From Psammoneis japonica (taxonomy: Eukaryota), in assembly GCA_008632985.1 (NCBI GenBank), contig QPGO01000264.1, forward strand, positions 62,001 through 82,219: DNA of 20,219 nucleotides, written 5' to 3'. Shown one piece after another: positions 11,750 through 20,219 of the stretch (the stretch's first letter is position 1; the number at the start of each line of letters is the position of its first letter). Position numbers and translations under genes: made by a program. Under the pieces are notes generated by a model, which searched no databases, had not been told where the DNA came from, and was given only the letters and a program-made list of their open reading frames with translations.

Positions 11750-13015
11750 CTGCAATCACCAACCACTGAGTGGTCAATGAAAAGTCTGCAATCACCAACC
11801 ACTGAGAGTGTCTTTTCCAGTGAGTCGCAAACACAAACCTGTGTCTGCATGTCTTCCGATGCAAATGAGATTCACAAAAAATCATCATTTTTGGTGGATC
11901 GCAAACATGTTTTTTGCACCTTGGATGCGATCCACCTTCAAAATCGCAAACAACAATCGCAAATTTCTGGTGCAAAAAGGGTGCAGAAAACCTGTGGAAA
12001 GTGTGCGTCACCATGACGAGACAACAATCGATGCTTTCTTGATGAGAGGACCTTGCAGAGGCCCAACAACTGACACTTTGTTGCATCTTATGAACTTGCA
12101 CACGACGCGTTCCAGGTCCAGGTGGGACCTCGCACTGCTGAACTGTGACATCGACAGTTTTTTGAATCGCGTCGCATGTCGCGCACGCACATTTCTACGT
12201 GATTTTGGCGAAATTTTGTGTGATTTTACAGTGCAATTGTCAGGCTATCCATTGAACAACTTTTAACATTTTTTTCTTCTGCGCCATTCTCGAGTGTCTC
12301 AAGAATGGCGCAGGGCAGGCGCGTTGTCCAAAACTTCGAGTGCCAACATGGATGGATGCACTGCAAACTTGGCCGTTTTTTTTATGTCGAAGACAAATGC
12401 ATCCATTGGCCAGAGTACGAACTACAGAGCTCGCACGTAGAATTCTATGGGGCAAATGTCACAAAAAGTCCCACCTGGGACTGGAACCCGTCACACGGCC
12501 GCATCGAGATGTGAGAGGAGAGCGGACATGTGGGGGGTTTGTGGGGTCAGAAGAGAACAAGGCACAATTCGCACGACAACATTTCACTTGTTTTTGCAAT
12601 GTGGAATGACTTTCACAACATGGCAACACATGGGCACACACTGTGAATCATTCTCCAGTGACAGACGTCGACACATCTTTGAATGGATTGTGGTTTGTGT
12701 TGTGTGTTGCGCTCAAAGCCGCCATGGCATCATGCAATGTTCAACAACTCCATCCTGCCATCAGTTGGTTGTTGATGTTCATGCACGAAGTTGCTTGTTG
12801 CCTCAACGTCTGCCCAAACATCGGCCGAATGTGAGTGCGATTGTGGTCGACTGAAAATGATGGTCGCGCGCAGAACTGCAAACTTGTGCATGGCAGTCTG
12901 TTCGCTTGCCCTTTTTGGTCATGTTCCTGTGTTTGTGTTTGCGACTCACTGGAAAAGATGCTCTGAGTGGTCAATGAAAAGTCTGCAATCACCAACCACT
13001 GAGTGGTCAATGAAA
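11750..13015 (+). repeat. Three tandem 36-bp units (ctgcaatcaccaaccactgagtggtcaatgaaaagt), the second split by the Harbinger insertion
   Basis: Unit 1 at 11750-11785, unit 2 at 11786-11805 plus 12967-12982, unit 3 at 12983-13015. Each contains the palindrome ACCAC-TGA-GTGGT. Confidence 0.9.
11806..12963. mobile_element. PIF/Harbinger-like non-autonomous element, 1158 bp
   Basis: 33-bp TIRs GAG(TG/CA)TCTTTTCCAGTGAGTCGCAAACACAAAC at 11806-11838 and 12931-12963; 3-bp TSD TGA. The empty site CAC-TGA-GTG is visible in the sister repeat units and resembles the PIF target consensus CWCTTAGWG. Confidence 0.85.
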
Positions 13016-13017
13016 TT

Positions 13018-13101
13018 GAACTTTCGCGCGGAGCGCGAACTTTCGGCGAAAGTTGCCCCCTTTTGGAGCGCGAAGCGCTCCAACTTTCGGCTGAAAGTTG
13101 G
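13018..13101. other. Cluster of four closely packed DNA hairpins/palindromes
   Basis: ttcgcgc-GGA-gcgcgaa (13023-13039), aactttcg-G-cgaaagtt (13038-13054), ttggagcgc-GAA-gcgctccaa (13063-13083), ccaactttc-GGCT-gaaagttgg (13080-13101). Confidence 0.9.
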
Positions 13102-13256
13102 GAAACGGAGGGGCTCGCGCAGGAAAAAAAGTTCGTCCGTTGGTGTGTCCGTTGAGTCTTGAATGTGAATCTTGTAAAGAGTGAGTCGTGCGTTGAGTCG
13201 TCTTCAGTGAAACTGCCGCCACCGAAAACACGAAACGCGAAACCTCGCCATGGGCT

Positions 13257-13973
13257 ATGAAACAATGTCGCGCCGTCGCGAGAAGCCCTGGTGTCAAAGT
13301 AAGATACATGAAGAAGTGCATCATGGATGGGAAAACCGCCGACACCGCAATCCCTGTAGAAGAGCAGGACGTCGACGAATCGGCATCAATCAATCAGTCA
13401 AGTACCAGTTGTGTTGTGTCAAGTGTGCCAAGTGCCAATTGTGGTGTTGCTCATGTGCCAGTGTCTTCAGCACCAAATGGCATTACAGACAGTGTGGAAG
13501 CAACAAAGAAGAAACGAGGACGTCCTCGGAAGATCCGATCGCCCAAATTCGCGGTCTCGGATGCGCCGTTGTTTTATACACCGGATCTTCGAAAGAATTT
13601 GATGTCGTCGGAAAGCCAACACCAAAGTCAAGGCCGAAGCGTGGGTGGAATAGAAATGCACACAACCCAAACCAAGCTGCTGAGAAAGAGTTTGCAGGTG
13701 TAGTTTCAGATCTCTGCCAATCCAGACTCGATTCAATACCCAAGTTCCGCGACGGTGTCTTGTTGAAGGCTCGGCTTGAATTTGCTTTTTCTGGGAAGAG
13801 CCTCAAGGATGCAGGAGACATCGGACATCGACAACCTCTGTAAATTTGTTTTGGACAGCTTAAACACAGTGTTGTATCATGATGATTGGCAAGTTGTAGA
13901 GTTGTCGGCGCGAAAAGTACTTGCTTCGTCCGAATCTACCGGACGTACAGTCGTTACATTGAATGAAATTTGA
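13257..13973 (+). pseudogene. rusA: RusA-family Holliday junction resolvase with N-terminal AT-hook, two frameshifts
   Basis: KKKRGRPRK AT-hook; RusA N-terminus FDVVGKPTPKSRPKR...NPN; catalytic region DIDNLCKFVLDSLNTVLYHDDWQVVELSARK. Frameshifts at about 13575 and at about 13817-13830. The start may instead be the ATG at 13323. Confidence 0.85.
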
Positions 13974-14371
13974 AACAGATAGTTCTATAAATGTGCTGTA
14001 GCACCTAATCACTTGATGTGTGAGTTACTTTGCCTAGTTTCATTTTACTTTAGCCTACTTGTATCGCGATGAAGACGTTCTAGAGATGCTAGCGAGAAAA
14101 GCACTTGTTCGTACGAATCGACTGGTCGTTGCACTAAACCAAATTTGAAATAGCATTTTTCACTTGACACACATCTTACCTTGCTCTACTTGTATCTTTA
14201 TGATTGGCGCGTTGTGGAGTCATCAACGAGAAAAGCACACTCACTTCGTCCGAATCGACCGGACGCACAGTCGTTGCACGGCAACAAGTTTGAAATAGAA
14301 ATTTCTACAGCACAAGCTTCTATTAGAACTGTAGCACAATTGCTTGACATGTGTTTTACTTTGGCCCACTT
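13873..14371 (+). repeat. Three diverged tandem copies of the RusA 3' end plus the intergenic spacer
   Basis: Units at about 13873-14060, 14061-14190 (most degraded) and 14191-14371 share tgtatc, gaaaag(t/c)ac, cgaatc, gtcgtt(a/g)ca and tttgaaa; units 1 and 3 also share ctgtagcac and ttttacttt(a/g)gcc(t/c)actt. Confidence 0.85.
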
Positions 14372-16886
14372 CTTTGCATGTGGGTTCACGGGTTTGTTGG
14401 GACTGTTGCTGGCAGCTTTGGATGTGACCTTTTTCACGAATCCTGCCTGGATGCTCTGTCACTGCTCGCCGATGGTTGACACATTCTGAATCTTCCTTGT
14501 GCACCAGAACTCGAGCCTCAAGACCTGTGAAGCAAGGTTGTGTTCTTTCCTTCTTCTTGTCATCCAGTGGGTTCTTCATGCCACCGTCTTCTTCCATCTT
14601 CCTCATTCTTTCCAGGCAAGTGTTCTGAACAGCGCAGCAAACATTGTGAAAATCCACGGATTTGTCATCATGCAGACGAATCGTGCGCCACTGGTCTTCC
14701 GTCATGACGCATTCTAGGAGCTCAAAAGCTGCTTTAAACTTCTGTGGCTCTGCCTCACTGTTTGGAAACTTGAGGTGCAAAAGCCGCTCCTTGGCCAGCG
14801 CTGAAAGGTGACCAAGCTGCTTGAAGAAAAATTGGGCACACATGCAAAGAGACTTTTGCGCCTGTGCTGTCAGCCAAGCCGTCCACTTGATCATGCAATG
14901 TCAGCTTCTTTGTCTTTTTGTTTGATTTCTTCTTGCTTGCAAACCAAGTCAAGAACAGTGTCACAACAGTGGGAGATCGTGGCTTTCTCGTGGAGGCTGT
15001 GACAGGCTGAGTCGCAGTGGCTGACTCGTCAGAATCAACACGACATTGAGAAGTGGCCGGCACATCATCATCAGCAGCAGCAGCATCGGCATCGGCATGT
15101 CTGGTGTGCTTGCAGTGCTGGTGTCAACAGAGTCATTTGGAGTGGAGCCGGTGTTTTGATCAATGACTTTGCACTCGATGCCGTCATCTCGATTGGATGC
15201 TTTTTCATCCGCCAAATCCGTCATGCTGTCTTCCTCCTCTGGTGACAGGAGTTTGACGTTCATTTTCCTGCTCAGCTGATTGGCCTCAAGCTGAGCAATC
15301 TCCAAGTTGCAAAGGGCATGGGCTTGCTCAGAAAGCTTGGTGCATTGTGCATCACATGCCAACAATGCACATGACAGCAGCTCATTCTGATGCTTCAGCT
15401 GCACAGCAAGGTTGAGATCACTCAAAAGATCAGGATTGCGGTCTCAAAAGCTCTCATCCATTTTCTTTCCCCAGATCCAAAGCACTTGTGAGGTGTCAGC
15501 AACATTGCCATCACCAATCTTTGCTTCTGCCAATGGCTCTGGCGGAGTTTTTTGGAAACTTCAGCATGATGCTGAATCATGGCTGCCATGCAGGAGCACT
15601 AGAACAGATGAAGCTCCCCACCTGGCATGAATTGTTTGAGAGTGCCCAACATCACACACAATTTTTCAATGAGCCATTCAATGTCCTCTTGCACATGGCT
15701 CCCGACACATTCCAAGTTCGGAGCACATTTCTTGGTGGGAGCATCATCCCAGCCCATCATTGCATTGGCCACTGGAACAGTGAGCTGAGGTGCAATGCGT
15801 TTGCAAGTCTTGCCGTTGGGAGCTCTGCACGCCCATCCAACCAGAGTGTCAGCTTCTTCAACAGACACTCCTTGATGTGAATTCAAAAATGCAGCCATGC
15901 TGACTCCAATGGACTCAGAAGAACAATCAGTCTGCAGAACTGGGTTGACCTTGCCTCGAATGACACTGGTCGACTTTGCTGCAATGCACTTGTCAGAGAT
16001 GCTCCATGAGTCTGGAGATGCGTGCTTGTGGAGCTCCTTTTCCATGTGGTCTGGATGACAAAGACCTTTCTCACATGCATGGAAGCACGCAAAAGCACAA
16101 CAGAAAGAGACAAGAGCTTTTGTTTGGTGGGAAAAGGAGTCCATGCAAATCTGCTGTTTTGGGCTCACACCGCGCAGCTTCCAAATTCTCATGGAACAAA
16201 TCCCAGAACCATTTGTCATGACATTGATGCCTCATTTCCCCTCCACATCCGGCAGCCATGGTGCTTGCCAAAATCCAGCAATGCTGCTGAAGAGGACCAT
16301 TGTTCATCATTGTCCAACGTCGAACAAAATTGCATTGAAGAGCGAGTGAGAGACGCAATGTCTCTGCGTCGTTTGTGAGTGAACCATTCTCACATCTCAA
16401 TGTCGCACTTCTGTCTGTGACACAAGAATGGCATTTTGCTGCTTGGCTTGAAACAAGTGGCAAAGTCCTGCATTCGCTGCACTCGATGCTCAGCAAGTTG
16501 GCTTTGCCAGCGGCCTTTGCGGCATCACTGCACAGATCCTTGCACCACTTGTCCTCTTCTTCCCAGTCAGGGTGCTTAGGGAGCTTCATTTTTAGTTCTT
16601 CTTTCACCTTTCCAAAAATTTGCTGCTTTGTGTCAACTTTTATGAGCCTGTTGTTGGGATTGTCACGCCGACAGACTGGCTCTTCTGACAAGTGCTTGCT
16701 GAAGTGCATCATGAGTGCCCTGAGATGGCACCCGTCAACATGACACTCCTCCAATTGGTTGAACAGTTTCTCTTCATTTTTGTCTTGAATCGTGTCAAAC
16801 GTTTTGATTGCAGACTTTTCGCTGCTTGTGGCAGAAGAGGCTCGAGACGCCTTGTTGATGGGCGCCTCCAAGACCAAAGTGGGCAT
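14366..16886 (-). pseudogene. Degenerate tyrosine recombinase (Crypton-like), about 840 codons
   Basis: Ordered motif remnants AAG[C]GGE (TGT from CGT would give catalytic R-GGE), EPKT, D[C]SSESIG (SxxR position), xGW and KT[C]KR (TGC from TAC would give catalytic Y). ATG at 16886; stop reconstructed at 14366-14368. The call depends on back-mutating the regional signature. Confidence 0.6.
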
Positions 16887-17107
16887 CCTGCGCGGCTGAT
16901 CTGTGGCAGCGCATGGCTTCTGTGATGGCTGTGTGGCTGCTCTGCTTTTTTGTGAGACGACAGCTCTGCTGGTGCAACTGCATGTCTCCTCTCGAACACA
17001 GCACAGTGGCGCAGAAGTCTTGCAGGTGGGTGGTGAGTCTGATGGAAAATGTTCAGGCGCGGTTCAAGGTCACATGTTTATTCAGACATGAGGTGCTCTA
17101 TTACAGT

Positions 17108-17148
17108 CAACTTTCAGAGAACTTTCGGGTTACTTCTTCTGAAAGTTG
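17108..17148. promoter_or_regulatory. Perfect 11-bp inverted repeat (caactttcaga-N19-tctgaaagttg) with a third internal gaactttcgg; putative binding site or element end
   Basis: Read directly; same core as the hairpins at 13038-13054 and 13080-13101. Function is inferred. Confidence 0.55.
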
Positions 17149-17389
17149 CCGTTCTCTTATTACGGAAGAAAATTTCAACTCCGCCAAAAAAGTGTATGAA
17201 TTTGACAGTACGACAATCACGTAGGTTAGACAAATGAGCCGGTGTTGCAAAAACTGACCTGCAATCGATCGCATTCATTTTTTTTTATTTCGTCGACAAC
17301 ACTTGCATCTGCATCAACAGTGATTGCCGGGCAAAACGATCAAAAATGCAATAGAGACTGAAAGCTGTAGGCCCCTACCTTCTAACAAG

Positions 17390-19625
17390 ATGAAAGAATC
17401 TACGCAAAGACGCAGTTCAAGCTTCTCGCGCTCGTCGCGATGCTTGGAAGCTTATCAAATCAGTTTCACTTGTTCGCACATTGGGAGATATGTGGCTGGA
17501 TCCAAGAGAAAGATTTCGTGGTAAGCATTAGGTTGGTGCTTGTTGTTTTGGGCTGGCTGTACATCACTGGAATCTGAAACGAGCGACGGCATACAGTAGG
17601 GTGTCATCGTTGTCGACGGGGTCGGAGACGCTCAATTTGCGGTACGGTACACAGTCGGAGTCTCGCGGGACAGGAAAAGTGGCGCGCTTTCGACCGGCGC
17701 CTTTTCTTCGTATTTCTTATTTCTTCATTTACGAAGCAACGTATTATTTTGATATCGTGTTTTTTGTTCGTATGTTATTTGGTCTTCTTGTATGAAATCG
17801 ACCGTTGTTTGTTATAAATATATTCAGTGCAGTATATATCACTCGTCTCTATCGCGTTCTTTATGGCGCGTGGACATTTCCTCAGATTTACCAAGATTTA
17901 CCTCATTTTTTGCTCCGTCGTGAACAACAGGCGGTTTGGGTTGATGGACTCAGTATGCTTAGAGTCATCTCGCGGTGGACAACGCGAGAGTGTTCCCTCA
18001 GGTCAAGATCATGAGGTAAAGATATCCGTAAATCGTCGGTAGCTTTCCCATAGAGACTTTCGTTGAACTATTATCGACCTCACAACTAACTTTGTGTACT
18101 TTTTCATACGTTTCATAGATGCATCTCATCTGGTCAGTGCAGAGCAAGAAGTCGCGCGTCGTGTGGAACAACACTGATATTACAAGCCTCATCAGATCTG
18201 GAAACAAGGCTACAAGTACGCACTCCCATGTGGAATATGCTTGGGAGGGAAGTATGGGTATGAAGTTCAGAATTGTTGCACACGCTAACCCGTCTCTAGG
18301 ACGTCGACAGTACGATCTATTCATATGCGAGAAAAGCTTCGTTTCTCTGCCTCAGCTGTCTCAAATATTGTCAAGATATTACCAGAGTCATCAGATTGTG
18401 TCCGCTAACTTAAAAGATTGCCATGAGCAGGAGGCAAAGACTGATGTCCCCGTGAAGTGTTCTCTTCCTAGAGTTGATAGCCGTTTTAGGTCGCGACAAT
18501 GTGGCCGTGACCGTCCACTCACTCGTCAGCGACAGAATCGTCTTGCGGCCGCTGGATTTTCATGTGTGGATTCTTTTGACGAGCTCCAGTCAGATTTGTA
18601 TACGTCAAGTCTTGACAGACTCAGAGCGGAGATGGCTTCGTCTGTTCCACAGACTGAAGACATGGTGTCTAGAGCGATCATAGACGCCTTTGCAGAAGAC
18701 CACGAAAACAGTTATCATTCCGTCTTATCCGCGGAAGAACACGAGCTTGACGCTACTAAATTCGAAGCCGAAGTTCTTTGGGAAACAAAACTTTGGGTCG
18801 AGAAAAACGGAGATTTTAATGGCTTGTACGCAGAAGAATCGAGGTTGCGATACATGCGCGAACAGGTCAACTGCATTGTCTCACATGTGCGGCATCAAAG
18901 ATTGTCTGCGACAGACGCCGCTGTCATACTGCGTAGTACTGCTGCAATCTTAGACTTGAATCTTTCGAAACCGCTTCAAAGGAATACGGTCATCGTTTCT
19001 GGCCTGAGTAACGATGTCAACTGCGAAGATATGATAGAGGCTATGCAAGAATTTGGATGCATCCAAAGAGCTGCCTTAGTGGAAGGTCAAGGCGCTGGTA
19101 TGTAGTTGTGGAGAATCAAATGCAGATATTTGTACCACGACTTTTTGTTCATTCCTCTTCTTTTCACCGTTGCATGGTACAGGGATTTGTCGATACGGAT
19201 CATCGTTGGCTGTTAGTCTTGCGTTCAAGGCAGCAAATCAAAACCAACTGACAATTTCAAATTCAAAACCTACTCTATTTGACTTGAATGAATCGGACAG
19301 CGCCGGCATACTCGACAGTCACAACGTTCCTACAAGTGATCAAGAAACCAAGCTTGCAAGGCGAACTCGGTCTGATGAGCGACCCTTGTCACCGCTTCGT
19401 CACTTGTTCCAGCCCACGGAGCAGGATTTGTCGGAGTTTGACGTCTTTACTCCTCACAGAAGGTCGTTTTCTTTCTACGAAACTCATCGTAAACATCTTC
19501 ACCACCGCTCGTCCGGTGAAGCGCCAGGAGCTCAGATTCTATCACCTTCGGAGAGAACAACGAGTACGACGTCATCAGTGGAGGTAGATGACCTCCATGT
19601 CCTTTCCTTGAGAGTCCCTGAATGA
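17390..19625 (+). CDS. Intact 4-exon hypothetical protein (545 aa) with an RRM-like segment in the C-terminal half
   Basis: Exons 17390-17520, 17931-18015, 18119-19097 and 19183-19625. All introns are GT-AG and phases are consistent (1638 nt); CTAAC branch site at 18086. TVIVSGLSNDVNCEDMIEAMQEFGCI...GICRY resembles RNP2/RNP1. Normal TA and CG content. Confidence 0.8.
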
Positions 19626-19719
19626 AGTGACTGGGACATACTTGTCCTTCATTGTGAATTTCAAGCTGCATTTGTCAAAGTATTCTTCTCATTAAAATAG
19701 AATGGAGTCGTACAACGTG

Positions 19720-20219
19720 TTAGTCGTCTGTTGTTTGACTGGCCCCGGAGAAGCAGCGCAAGTTGAAACCACAACAGTCACCGCACTCGTACACATAAAA
19801 GAAACAACTGCTCCCAGCAGTGGCAGGCTTCAAAGATGAGCGACACCGGTCAGCGCTTCGCATCCCTTGGACGAGCACATCATGTCGGAGTTTTGTGCCT
19901 GGGTTGCTCCATTGCCAGGCATTGTTGCCGACCAAGGTTGTCACTGACAAGGGAAACTGCCCAAAGCTCTGGCTTTCTCTGTCTTTTATGTGATTTTGGA
20001 CCGATTGTTGAAACGACGGCGGCGACAAATCCCTGTCCATTGGTTGGACAGCGACTGCGAGTTATGTGAAATGCATTGGCACAGCAGCTTCGGCGGCACT
20101 GACCATGCAGTTTGGGTTCAGTCCGACTGCTTGGCAAGAGACAACGGGGTCAGTTCAGGGTGCTGCAGCAACTGGCCTTGCGGGTGTTGCACTTGGAGCT
20201 TTGGCTGCTTTGGTGGCCA
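19720..20219 (-). pseudogene. Possible 3' end of a degenerate minus-strand gene running off the window
   Basis: ORF 19720-20040 plus an upstream Ala/Pro-rich frame with a stop; TpA depletion resumes here. No family recognised. Confidence 0.3.

Larger units (their letters stand above)
13018..17148. mobile_element. Candidate Crypton-like tyrosine-recombinase element carrying an AT-hook/RusA gene (left end may extend to the 36-bp array at about 11750)
   Basis: Convergent RusA and YR genes whose 3' ends were co-duplicated; shared AACTTTC(A/G)G / CTGAAAGTTG inverted motifs at 13018-13101 and 17108-17148. Boundaries are inferred. Confidence 0.5.

Noticed and set aside
9931..12449. Shared gtagaattctatg at 9931 and 12437
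   Set aside because: Only 13 bp with no flanking similarity.
12227..12646. TA|CAGTG...CACTG|TG as a nested Tc1/mariner element
   Set aside because: Inverted similarity does not extend beyond about 5 bp inside the putative ends.
11750..13015. 36-bp palindromic repeats as a CRISPR array
   Set aside because: Units are head-to-tail with no spacers; the only intervening DNA is a TIR/TSD-bounded transposon; no cas genes and a eukaryotic context.
6003..13973. Bacterial contamination or prophage suggested by secA and rusA
   Set aside because: secA has spliceosomal introns and a targeting presequence, and the region is full of eukaryotic DNA transposons.
1..17090. Many overlapping Cys/His-rich ORFs as novel metal-binding proteins or an alternative genetic code
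   Set aside because: Loss of TA removes TAA, TAG and Tyr codons and creates Cys/His codons in all six frames; neighbouring normal genes use the standard code.

Overview
Eukaryotic DNA, most likely a diatom (inferred from a plastid-type SecA with a bipartite-like presequence, short GT-AG introns and the protein families present). From left to right: (1) a sulfotransferase-like/glycosyltransferase-2 pseudogene split by a 2.6-kb hAT-type element with an exact 8-bp TSD; (2) a broken plastid secA with a 486-bp piggyBac-like MITE in its presequence; (3) a PIF/Harbinger-type element inserted into a 36-bp tandem array; (4) a candidate composite element of about 4-5 kb made of that array, a hairpin cluster, an AT-hook/RusA Holliday-junction resolvase gene and a convergent Crypton-like tyrosine recombinase, with the same AACTTTC(A/G)G inverted motif at both ends; (5) one intact 4-exon gene. 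Overlaid on this is a regional mutation signature. TE-associated DNA has lost almost all TpA (TA>TG/CA) as well as much CpG, so Tyr codons become His or Cys. Internal duplications show the TA>TG/CA changes directly. All calls are by eye, without database searches.
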